From positions 3,104,001-3,168,000 of the forward strand of contig CBDCKW010000009.1 in NCBI GenBank assembly GCA_965218435.1: a DNA stretch of 64,000 nt, in the 5' to 3' direction. Position numbers and translations under genes: made by a program. Of this stretch, positions 23,882 to 32,684 are shown piece by piece. This stretch comes from Truepera sp. GTDB taxonomy: Bacteria > Deinococcota > Deinococci > Deinococcales > Trueperaceae. The notes under the pieces were generated by a model. The model saw nothing but the letters and a program-made list of their open reading frames with translations. It had not been told where the DNA came from and searched no databases. How positions within the stretch are numbered: the first letter of the stretch is position 1; each line of letters opens with the position of its first letter.

Positions 23882-25542
23882 GTATTCAGCTTTGGACCCT
23901 GATTTTCGTGGTACTTAGTTTCGGCCTCTATATCGGTATCGCCATCTGGTCACGGGTGACGACGACCTCCGGCTTTTACGTCGCGGGTCAGGGCGTGCCG
24001 TCGGTCTTTAACGGGATGGCGACCGCCGCCGACTGGATGAGCGCCGCGTCGTTTATCTCGCTTGCAGGACTCATTTCAGCCCTCGGCTTTGACGGCGCGA
24101 TCTACTTGCTCGGTTGGACGGGCGGGTATGTGCTCTTAGCCCTGCTACTCGCACCGTATTTGCGCAAATTCGGCAAGTTTACCGTCCCGGAGTTTATCGG
24201 CGACCGTTACGCGTCAGGAACGGCGAGAGTCGTGGCGGCGCTCTGTGCCATCGTCGTGTCGTTCGTCTACGTCGCTGGACAGATGAACGGGATGGGCATT
24301 GCCTTCGGCCGCTTTTTAGGGACGACGGTTTTTTGGGGCGTCGTCGTCGGGATGGTGATCGTCGCGTTTTACGCCATCTTAGGTGGGATGAAGGGCATCA
24401 CCTATACGCAGGTCGCGCAGTATCTCGTGCTCATCGTCGCGTACCTGATTCCGGCCATTGCCATCGGGGTGACGTTAACGGGTAACCCGGTCCCACAAGC
24501 TGCATTTGGTGAGATTGCCACCCGGCTGAACGGCATCGGGGCTGATTTGGGTTTCGGGAAGTACACCTCGCCATTTGTCAACTTGAATTCGCTCAACGTC
24601 TTTTTGATCACCGCTGCGCTGATGTGCGGCACCGCTGGACTTCCGCACGTCATTATCCGTTTTTATACCGCCAAAAGCGTCAAAGGTGCGCGTTGGACAG
24701 GCTTTTTCGCGCTGCTCTTTATCGCTATCTTGTACACGACTGCGCCTGCGATTGCCGCTTTTGCCCGTTATAACCTCATTCAAACGGTGAGCGGTCAGCC
24801 CTACGCCGGACTCCCGGCCTAGGTCGGCAATTGGGAAAAAACCGGTTTGGTCACCTTTGACGACAAGAATGGTGATGGTATCGTCACCTTCGACGCCAGT
24901 GACAACAACGAACTAACTATCAGCCCGGACATCATCGTCTTGGCAAACGCTGAAATTGCCGGACTCCCCGCCTGGGTCGTCGGCCTCGTGGTTGCTGGGG
25001 GCTTGGCCGCCGCACTCTCGACGGCTTCGGGTCTCTTGCTGGTCATCGGGTCGGCGTTTTCACACGATATCTATAAACGCTTTATCAACAAGGACGCCTC
25101 GGAACAAAACGAGTTAGCGGTGGCCCGCGTGTCGGTGCTCATTGCGATTGTGATTGCCGGGTACTTCGGGGTGAATCCACCGGGCTTTGTCGGGGAGGTG
25201 GTGGCGTTTGCGTTCGGCCTCGCGGCGGCCAGCTTTTTTCCGGCGATTGTGCTCGGGATTTTTGACAAACGCACGAACAAGTACGGGGCGATTTCGGGGA
25301 TGCTCGTCGGCATTATCTTTACCGGCGCGTACATCATCATGACGGCGGACCGGCTGATGAACCTCGAGCCCTTTTTATTCGGCATCCGGGCACAGGGTAT
25401 CGGCACGGTCGGGATGGTCTTGTCGTTTATCGTGACCTATACGGTATCTCGGATGACGCCCGCGCCGTCTTTAGCCCTGCAGGAGTTTGTTGAAAATATC
25501 CGTTATCCACGTGGCGCAGGTGCCGCGAGTGGGCACGACTGA
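23878..25542 (+). pseudogene. actP: Cation/acetate symporter (ActP-like SSS family) interrupted by an in-frame TAG at 24820-24822
   Basis: NGMATAADWMSAASF, GLPHVIIRFYT and GLAAALSTASGLL lie in one frame on either side of LPA*VGNWEKTG. Confidence 0.88.
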
Positions 25543-25560
25543 GCGTCAGAATTGAGAAGT

Positions 25561-25617
25561 AAGAATACAGAATTGAGAATGCAACCCACCTTTCTCCCTT
25601 CTTTGTTCTGTATTCTT
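25561..25617 (+). terminator. Hairpin after actP (possible terminator)
   Basis: AAGAATACAGAA pairs with TTCTGTATTCTT; long loop; short T-run follows. Confidence 0.4.
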
Positions 25618-25677
25618 TTCGGACATCAGCTCTTCTAAATAGCTCGAGCCTAGCCTGATGGTTAGTTCCATCAGGTT

Positions 25678-25932
25678 TTGCTCTATGATCGGTTTATGTC
25701 TAAACGGCTGGCGTGGTGTTGGAGCTTAGGGTTAACTGGGAGCGTCATGGTCTTGATACTTATCGTTTGGCTGGTGTTTGGGTTGATCTCGAGGACAACC
25801 TTAACCGCTGACCTGACCAAACAACAGGTTGCGGCGGAAACGCAGCTCGGCAATCTGAAATGCCGTAAAGAGCTCAAGGCGTCGTTTCCTTTTTTTGAAC
25901 TTAAGTGTCAAGACACCGCCGAGCGCCCGTAA
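25678..25932 (+). CDS. Small hypothetical membrane protein
   Basis: One hydrophobic helix followed by a short two-Cys soluble part; fills the intergenic gap; start uncertain. Confidence 0.5.
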   Translation: MLYDRFMSKRLAWCWSLGLTGSVMVLILIVWLVFGLISRTTLTADLTKQQVAAETQLGNLKCRKELKASFPFFELKCQDTAERP

Positions 25933-26025
25933 GAGAGGCCCGCTGCATGTTTTGGGCAGCCGTGTTCAGCTGAGCGACACAAAGCTGACGTCTCCGGCTT
26001 ACACTGAACAAGCCTGGAGGTCTCT

Positions 26026-27417
26026 GTGCGTACTCCGCCAGTTCCCAAATTGACCCGGACCATCGCGCTGCTCGCCGGTCCCTTGATCTTACAAAACCTT
26101 TCGTACGCGCTGTTAGGTGTGACCGACACCTTTTTCGTGTCACGGATCAGCACCGAGGCGGTGGGCGCGGTTGGGCTGGCGGGCGTGCTCTTTTTCTCAT
26201 TGATGCTGCTCTTTCGCTCGACGGCGGCGAGCAGCGTCGTCTTTGTCGGGCGGGCGCACGGCGCGGGGGACGACGCGGGTATCGGCGCGGCGGTGTGGCG
26301 ACTTCTGAACATGATTGTGCTGCTGAGCGTGTTTGCCCTCACGTTGCCGTGGGTGTTTACTTTTTTGTTTAGTTACGTTGCCCCCGGCGATAGTCCGGTG
26401 GTGCTGGGGCTCGGCACACGTTATCTGCAGATTCGGGCGCTCGAGGTTCCTTTAGCTATGTTCAGCGCCGTCGTCTGGGGCTTTTTGGTGGGCCGGGGCG
26501 ATTCCCGTACGCCGATGTTTTTAGCTTGGACGCAAGTTTTGACCAATATCTTGCTCGACTGGCTGTTGGTTCCGGGGAACCTCGGCTTTCCGGCGTGGGG
26601 CGTCGCGGGCGCAGCCGTCGCCACAGTTTTAGCCAACGCTGTCGTCGCCCTCCTAAGCGCCTGGATTTTGTGGCGACCCGACTCACACGCGCGTTTCGGC
26701 ACGCGGCGGGCGCGTCTGGCAGGATTCGGAGAGCTGCGTGATGTCCTCAGAGTCGGGCTGCCGATGGGTGTCGGCGACTTTATCGATGTAGCGTCGTTTA
26801 CGGCTTTTTTTGCCATCATCGGTCGGCTCGGAACTGAGGTCTTAGCGGCCAACAACATCGCGCTCCAGTTTATGAGCTTGTCGTTTACGATGGGGATTGC
26901 GGTCGCGCAGGCGAGCTCGAGCCTGGTCGCGCAGGCGCTGGGCGCTAACAAACCGCAGCAGGCGTCACGGGTTGGCTACCGCGCTACGATTTTGGGCATG
27001 ATTTTGATGGGTCTGGTTGGGCTCGGCTACTTTATCGTGCCGGATTTTTTAATGCGCGTGTTTAGCGACGACCCGCGAGTTATCGCCGCAGGTGTCGCCA
27101 TCTTACAACTCGTCGCCATCTACCAAATCGCCGACGCCGCGACGATCGTGCTGGGCGGATCGCTTAACGGCGCAGGTGACACGACCTATACCATGTTGGC
27201 ACGGCTCGTCTGCGCGTGGGGGCTGTTTTTACCGCTCGCGTATGTATTGGCGTTTCCGCTGGGGCTCGGCGTTCGCGGTGCGTGGGGCGGCGCGATGGTT
27301 TACCTGTTTGTGTTGGCGCTCGTTTACTTTTTACGGTTTCGTTCGGGGCGGTGGCAGGCGTCGTTTAAGGGGGCTGAAAGCAGCGGGGAGGCAGAAGTTC
27401 AGGCTGCGACACTTTAG
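26026..27417 (+). CDS. MATE family efflux transporter
   Basis: About 12 TM segments, TDTFFVSR, GVAGAAVAT and GAGDT motifs; SD GGAGG. Confidence 0.93.
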   Translation: MRTPPVPKLTRTIALLAGPLILQNLSYALLGVTDTFFVSRISTEAVGAVGLAGVLFFSLMLLFRSTAASSVVFVGRAHGAGDDAGIGAAVWRLLNMIVLLSVFALTLPWVFTFLFSYVAPGDSPVVLGLGTRYLQIRALEVPLAMFSAVVWGFLVGRGDSRTPMFLAWTQVLTNILLDWLLVPGNLGFPAWGVAGAAVATVLANAVVALLSAWILWRPDSHARFGTRRARLAGFGELRDVLRVGLPMGVGDFIDVASFTAFFAIIGRLGTEVLAANNIALQFMSLSFTMGIAVAQASSSLVAQALGANKPQQASRVGYRATILGMILMGLVGLGYFIVPDFLMRVFSDDPRVIAAGVAILQLVAIYQIADAATIVLGGSLNGAGDTTYTMLARLVCAWGLFLPLAYVLAFPLGLGVRGAWGGAMVYLFVLALVYFLRFRSGRWQASFKGAESSGEAEVQAATL

Positions 27418-27479
27418 CTGGGCGGCTCGAGCCTCATAACACCCGTTAAAACGTAAATCCCTAGAGGTAGAATAGGCAG

Positions 27480-27898
27480 ATGATAGACCCCGACAATCCT
27501 GTAGTCAAACTTTGTGCTGAAGGGATGCAAGCTGAAGCAAAGCAGCATTTTGACGAGGCGAAAAGGTTATTTGAGCGGGCTTGGGAGGCTTCTAAAGACG
27601 ATTATGAAGCCGTATTGCAGCACATTATCTAGCACGTCATCAAGACACCGAGCAGGATACTCTAACGTGGAACCGAGAAGCGTTAAACCGTGCAAACGCC
27701 GTAGAGGGGTCGAAGGTCAGCCAGTTTTATCCATCATTACTGCTTAACTTAGGTCACGCTTATGAACTACTTGGAGAGGTAGAGAAAGCACTCGAGAGTT
27801 ATACCTTAGCTGCACCCAAAGCCACTGAACTCCCCAATGATGCTTATGGCAATATGCTCAGAGAGGCTATCGGACGCGCGTTGACGCGAATAAGTTAA
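27480..27898 (+). pseudogene. TPR-like protein with a single frameshift near 27612
   Basis: MIDPDNPVVKLCAEGM...DDYEA continues in a shifted frame as IAAHYLARHQ...FYPSLLLNLGHAYE...RIS*; leaderless TAGAAT-6nt-ATG. Confidence 0.75.
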
Positions 27899-27901
27899 AA
27901 G

Positions 27902-28399
27902 CTACAAAAAGCTCGAGCGTTCAATCGTAAGTTTTTCTTCTAAGAGCGTCTCGAGTCCCTCCGGTAACGCATCTCTCGGTAAAATATCGGCGCTGCCGTT
28001 CGGCCGTATCAGATAAAAAGCGCGCCTCGAACTCAGCGCCTGAGCAACGTCCTTGTAATTCACCTCAACCTTGGTTTTGCCCACGTCCAGCAGATATGAC
28101 CCTGCCTTAAAGCGGTAGCGGCGCGGTTCCCGGAGGGCCGGATACCGCCGCCAGAGCGTCTGCGCCGACGTCCAAACCCAAAGCAGATACCCGAGTAACG
28201 GCGCAAACACCGCGAGCGAAAAGACCCTGGCCGCAGGCCACAAACCGGTCACCCCGAGCAAAAAGAGAAAGATAAAGCTGTAGACCAAAAAGGGCAACAC
28301 CGGGCGCTGTAAGGCCAGGGTCCAAGTGTAGTAAAAGAAATCCTGACGTGAGAGCTGGACGCTAAACGTAGGGTTGGGTGCGGCGGTAGCGGCAGGCAT
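27902..28399 (-). CDS. YcxB-like membrane protein
   Basis: Two N-terminal TM helices plus a beta-rich C-terminal domain with ILPR. Confidence 0.6.
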   Translation of the reverse strand: MPAATAAPNPTFSVQLSRQDFFYYTWTLALQRPVLPFLVYSFIFLFLLGVTGLWPAARVFSLAVFAPLLGYLLWVWTSAQTLWRRYPALREPRRYRFKAGSYLLDVGKTKVEVNYKDVAQALSSRRAFYLIRPNGSADILPRDALPEGLETLLEEKLTIERSSFL

Positions 28400-28555
28400 A
28401 CTCCGCTAGTCTACAAGCTGACTCCGGGCTACTTGGCACCCGCCGAGCTGAGGGCCGAGAAGCTTACCTACCGGCCCACGCCGTGTGATAGCTTAGTCCG
28501 TGCCCCTGCACACGGCTAACCCTATAGCTAACCCTACGGTGACGAGGCCCCGGCG

Positions 28556-29920
28556 GTGACGCTGCGCGAGCGCCCTGCGCCCCGCGGTGAGGGTAAACGC
28601 ACCCCGGCACCCGCTAAGGCCATCGCGCTATCATTTTTTAGCGCCACCCTAGTCGGCACGCTGCTCTTATGGTTGCCGTGGAGCCACGCACCGGAGCAAA
28701 ACGTCACGCTGCTCGACGCGCTGTTTACCGCGACAAGCGCCCTCTGCGTCACCGGGCTGATTGTGGTAGATACCGCGACGGTTTGGAGTCCTTTCGGCCG
28801 CGTGATGTTGCTGCTACTTATTCAAGTGGGCGGTTTGGGTATTGTCACCCTAAGTACGATGGTCGCGCTGCTCTTAGGGCGGCGCGTCGGGTTTCAAGAA
28901 CGCTTACGTGCCGCTGCGCAGGTGAACGCCTTTGGCACCGGCGGGGTGGTGCGGCTCGTCCGTACGATTTTTCTCTTATCGCTCGGCTTTGAAACGCTCG
29001 GGGCACTCGTGCTCTACCCGAGTTTTGCCGCGTTGCACGGTCCCGGCGGCGGAGCGTTTTACGCGTTTTTTCACAGCGTCAGCGCCTTTAATAACGCCGG
29101 GTTCGCCCTCTACCCCGACAGCTTGCTCCGGTTTGCCGGAAATCCGGCGGTGGTGTTGGTCCTCAGTACGCTCTTTATCGTCGGCGGGCTCGGGTTTATC
29201 GTCCATCTCAACGTCTGGACGAATCTCCGCTATGGACGGCGGTTTCCGCTGACGTTGCACAGCCGTACCGTGCTGCTAACGACACTGGTTTTGTGCGTGT
29301 TTGGCACGGTGGCGGTGCTTGGGCTCGAGTGGACCAATCCCAAATCTTTGGGTGAGCTGCCGCTGCAAGGCAAACTGCTGATGGGCTTTTTTCAGAGCGT
29401 CACGCCGCGCACCGCCGGGTTTAACACCGTGGATTACACCTTGCTGCGCGAACCGACCAAACTCGTAACGATGCTGCTGATGTTTATCGGCGGGAGTCCG
29501 GCGTCAACTGCCGGGGGTATCAAAACCGTCACGTTTTTTGTGCTCGTCGCGAGCGCCTGGAGCATGGTGCGCGGGCGCGGTGAACTTTCAGCGTTCGGGC
29601 GACGCGTTACCGTCGGGACGGTTGTTAAGGCCGGGTCGGTCGCGCTTCTCAGCAGCGGCCTCGTCATCGGCGCACTTTTTCTCCTGACTCTGACCGAAAC
29701 GCTACCGCTCATGACCACGATGTTCGAGGCGTTTTCAGCTTTTAGCACCGTTGGGCTGTCGCTGAGCGCGACGTTTGACCTGAGCGTACCAGGGCGGCTT
29801 ATCATTATCTTGCTGATGTATTTGGGACGTATCGGACCGCTGACGTTTGCCTTGGCTCTAGTTCAGGAACCGCACGCGAGTAGCGTCAAGTATCCGGCTG
29901 AAGGCGTGTTGATCGGCTAG
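28556..29920 (+). CDS. ktrB: Trk/Ktr potassium uptake membrane subunit
   Basis: FTATSALCVTGL, SAFNNAGF, TPRTAGFN, GGSPASTAGGIK and SAFSTVGLS pore motifs. Confidence 0.94.
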   Translation: MTLRERPAPRGEGKRTPAPAKAIALSFFSATLVGTLLLWLPWSHAPEQNVTLLDALFTATSALCVTGLIVVDTATVWSPFGRVMLLLLIQVGGLGIVTLSTMVALLLGRRVGFQERLRAAAQVNAFGTGGVVRLVRTIFLLSLGFETLGALVLYPSFAALHGPGGGAFYAFFHSVSAFNNAGFALYPDSLLRFAGNPAVVLVLSTLFIVGGLGFIVHLNVWTNLRYGRRFPLTLHSRTVLLTTLVLCVFGTVAVLGLEWTNPKSLGELPLQGKLLMGFFQSVTPRTAGFNTVDYTLLREPTKLVTMLLMFIGGSPASTAGGIKTVTFFVLVASAWSMVRGRGELSAFGRRVTVGTVVKAGSVALLSSGLVIGALFLLTLTETLPLMTTMFEAFSAFSTVGLSLSATFDLSVPGRLIIILLMYLGRIGPLTFALALVQEPHASSVKYPAEGVLIG

Positions 29921-29942
29921 AAGGGGCATACGTGAAAGAGTC

Positions 29943-29998
29943 ATGAAGGTCAAACTGTGAAAGTTAAACTGTGAGAGTCAAACTGTGAAAGTTAAACA
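29943..29998 (+). repeat. Four tandem 14-bp repeats at the ktrA start
   Basis: ATGAAGGTCAAACT, GTGAAAGTTAAACT, GTGAGAGTCAAACT, GTGAAAGTTAAACA. Confidence 0.95.
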
Positions 29999-30653
29999 GT
30001 ATCTAGTGATCGGAGCCGGACGGTTCGGATCGGCGCTCGCCGGCACGCTTTATGACCTCGGGCATGAAGTTGTCGTGGCGGACAGCAGCGAAGCGCGGAT
30101 TGACGAGGTGATGGAACACGTGACCCACGCGGTCATCCTAGACGCCACCGACGAAGACGCGCTTCAAAAACTCGGGCTTAAAAACTTCGATGAGGTGATC
30201 GTCGCCATTGGCAACGACCTCGAGGCCAGCATTTTAACTATCGTCGCCGCTAAAAATCAGGGCGCGAAAACTATCTTGAGCAAAGCGACGAGCGATAACG
30301 CCGCGCGGGTGATGCTAAAAGTCGGGGCCGATAAGGTGGTGCGCCCCGAGCACGACATGGGCGTGCGCGTCGCCAAATCGTTAGCGACACCGACCATCGT
30401 AGACGCCTTTAACTTGGGCGAAAACTATGAGGTTATCGAGTTTACGGCGCAGAAAAAGCTTTGCGGGAGTTTACGTGAGCTTGAACTCGCCAACCGTTTT
30501 GGGGTGCAAGTCATCGCCATCAACCGCCGGGGCAAGCTCGAGATCAGCCCCAGCGCCGACTTTGTAATCGCTCCCGGCGACAACGTAGTGATTATCGGTG
30601 AAACGGACGCGGTTGAGCGTTTGCGCGAGCACTTCTCGAGAGTGACGGAGTAA
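29985..30653 (+). CDS. ktrA: Trk/Ktr RCK regulatory subunit
   Basis: VIGAGRFG Rossmann motif, VGADKVVRPE and a TrkA-C domain. Confidence 0.94.
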   Translation: MKVKQYLVIGAGRFGSALAGTLYDLGHEVVVADSSEARIDEVMEHVTHAVILDATDEDALQKLGLKNFDEVIVAIGNDLEASILTIVAAKNQGAKTILSKATSDNAARVMLKVGADKVVRPEHDMGVRVAKSLATPTIVDAFNLGENYEVIEFTAQKKLCGSLRELELANRFGVQVIAINRRGKLEISPSADFVIAPGDNVVIIGETDAVERLREHFSRVTE

Positions 30654-30662
30654 GTTCGACAC

Positions 30663-31172
30663 TTGATAATTTTCAGGACGCAGCGCCTTAGCCTCCGGCA
30701 GTTTGGGTCGGCAGACAGCACCTCACTTATGGACATTTTTGGCGACGCCGAAGTGATGCGTTACGGTGACGGCGTTCGCACTCCGGCGTGGGTAGAGCGT
30801 TGGATTTTAAGGCAACAAGACAGTTACAAAAAGCCGGGCTACGGCAACTGGGCGGTCGTTAATAAGGTTGGCGACCTGCTCGGCTACTGCGGGTTGAGTT
30901 ATGTAGACGATATCGGTGGACACCCCGAAGTCGCGCTCGGTTACCGTTTGGCTCGCCGTTATTGGGGGCAAGGGTACGCGTCTGAAGCTGTTAAGGCGAC
31001 GATTGACTACGGCTTTGACGTGCTCGGTTTGGAGAGGATTGTTGCGACGATTGATCCGGGCAACACCGCGTCACTTCGCGTCGCCGAAAAGACCGGGATG
31101 GTCTACGAAAAAGACGTGATATATCCGGGTTATACGCACCCCGACCGGGTTTACGTCATCGAAAAGATATGA
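30663..31172 (+). CDS. GNAT N-acetyltransferase (RimJ/RimL-like)
   Basis: YWGQGYASE and NTASLRVAEK motifs. Confidence 0.9.
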   Translation: MIIFRTQRLSLRQFGSADSTSLMDIFGDAEVMRYGDGVRTPAWVERWILRQQDSYKKPGYGNWAVVNKVGDLLGYCGLSYVDDIGGHPEVALGYRLARRYWGQGYASEAVKATIDYGFDVLGLERIVATIDPGNTASLRVAEKTGMVYEKDVIYPGYTHPDRVYVIEKI

Positions 31173-31507
31173 ATACTAAAGCGATTGTCGTGGTTATAGG
31201 CTAGATTCTCGCAACTCTCAGCTCGTAGAGCCAGCTGCCACAGGTTCACCTCGGCATGTGCGTGCTAATGTACGAAGTCCTCCAGTTACAAGTTTTCGCA
31301 ACGCGAAGGGAACTATACTTTAATCGCTTGGACTGGCTTAAACCAGATGGCACCTGTTATCTTTAGAGCGCACATTCTTAGGGTAACGCCGACAGCCTCG
31401 CGGAAACGTCATTGGGTATGCATACTTCTAAAGTAGTATTTCCGGGTCTGGCTGAAGCGGCGTCAAGCCTTTATCATCGAGTTCGTCTACCGGGGGCAGC
31501 TCGGACG

Positions 31508-31547
31508 AAAACGACTTGCTGAGGTCCACTTGGTGAGTCGTTTTTTA
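31508..31547 (+). terminator. Possible bidirectional terminator
   Basis: AAAACGACT...AGTCGTTTTTT between convergent genes. Confidence 0.45.
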
Positions 31548-31710
31548 CTTTGTAACTCCTTTACTAGCAGCCTTTTGGCAAATCACGGCGTTTCTATAGC
31601 GTTTCCATAAGGAATTGATACGAGTATCATCTCAAAACGTGCGTGCCGGTCAGTCAGCTATCGAGTTGTCTATAGTGAGAGCGTTTCCGACTAGATCATC
31701 CCTGCTACAC

Positions 31711-32454
31711 TTAAGTTAGGCCGCGCTCCCTGGCCCAGACAATCGCCTCGGCGCGTGAGTGAACGCCGAGTTTGTCGTAGATGCTCGAGATATAGTTGCG
31801 TACCGTTTGGGTCGCTAACCCCAGCTCGTCGGCAATCGCTCGGTTGGCCGCGCCCGTCGCCAGCTGCTCTAAAACCTGCCGTTCACGTTCTGAAAGTTCA
31901 GCCATCGCGTTATGACCGTCGGTCGTCCCTTCGGCCCTGATAATGGCGAGTTGCTCCAAAACTCGGTGACTAAACCAGCTCGCGTCACGCATCGCCGTTT
32001 CAATGGCCCGTTTGAGCTGCTCGCCGGTCTCAGTCAGCTGTTGGTTACTTGTCTCGGCCTCTTTGCGGCTGGTAATGTCGTTCTGCACGCCGAAAAAATA
32101 ACGAAGCTCATCACCCCGGTAGATCGGATTGAGATACAGCTCGTTCCAAAACATGGTGCCGTCTTTGCGGTAGTTACGCAGTTCGACACAGGCAAATTCG
32201 CCTTGCGAAATCGCCTCGCGCAACCTGTGAACGCCCGGTTGGTCGTGGTCTTCAGCCTGTAAAAAACGGCAGTTCCGGCCGAGTACCTCTGCGCGGGTAT
32301 AACCGGTCAGAGCCTCGAACCCTTTGTTGACAAAAATGATGGGATTGTCAGATGAGGCGGGATCGGTGATAACAATGACGTTGTTGATTGCGTCAACCGC
32401 TTCACGTAACAGCTTGAGCTCTTCATGTTCGCCAAGCGGCGCTATTTTGCTCAC
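31711..32454 (-). CDS. LOV-domain / LuxR-HTH blue-light-responsive transcription factor (EL222-like architecture)
   Basis: DNPIIFVN, GRNCRFLQ, NYRKDG.FWN and GVQND LOV signature plus an LSERERQVL...IYDKLGV HTH; start placed at GTG 32454 after GGAGGG. Confidence 0.92.
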   Translation of the reverse strand: MSKIAPLGEHEELKLLREAVDAINNVIVITDPASSDNPIIFVNKGFEALTGYTRAEVLGRNCRFLQAEDHDQPGVHRLREAISQGEFACVELRNYRKDGTMFWNELYLNPIYRGDELRYFFGVQNDITSRKEAETSNQQLTETGEQLKRAIETAMRDASWFSHRVLEQLAIIRAEGTTDGHNAMAELSERERQVLEQLATGAANRAIADELGLATQTVRNYISSIYDKLGVHSRAEAIVWARERGLT

Positions 32455-32684
32455 TGACCCTCCGAAGGTAGCATAAATGCGGATAGGCTTACAAAAATAG
32501 ACACGAGAGTCACGTCGTTTTAGAGCAGCTGTACCAAGCAAGTTAGCAGTAATCTGTACACAGCTGCAAGACAGGTATAAAACTGATGGGAATTGCTGGA
32601 GACTCGAGCAAGTACACTGCCCCATAACCATAGGGACTGCCGAACAAATACCGTTGCAGTTTAGGCGTCTTAAGGATCGGTTTT

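Noticed and set aside
24820..24822. TAG reassignment or pyrrolysine
   Set aside because: TAG is the normal stop of many intact genes here (metH, ppk1, ktrB, flippase), and no pyl genes are present in the window.
29943..29998. CRISPR array
   Set aside because: The units are 14 bp, contiguous and spacerless, and no cas genes are present. No CRISPR array was seen anywhere in the window.
31173..31710. Small ORFs in the GNAT-LOV gap
   Set aside because: Only ORFs of about 35 codons or fewer were seen, with no motifs or convincing start signals.
32455..32631. 59-residue N-terminal extension of the LOV protein in the ORF track
   Set aside because: Non-protein-like sequence; a GTG preceded by GGAGGG at 32454 is the better start.
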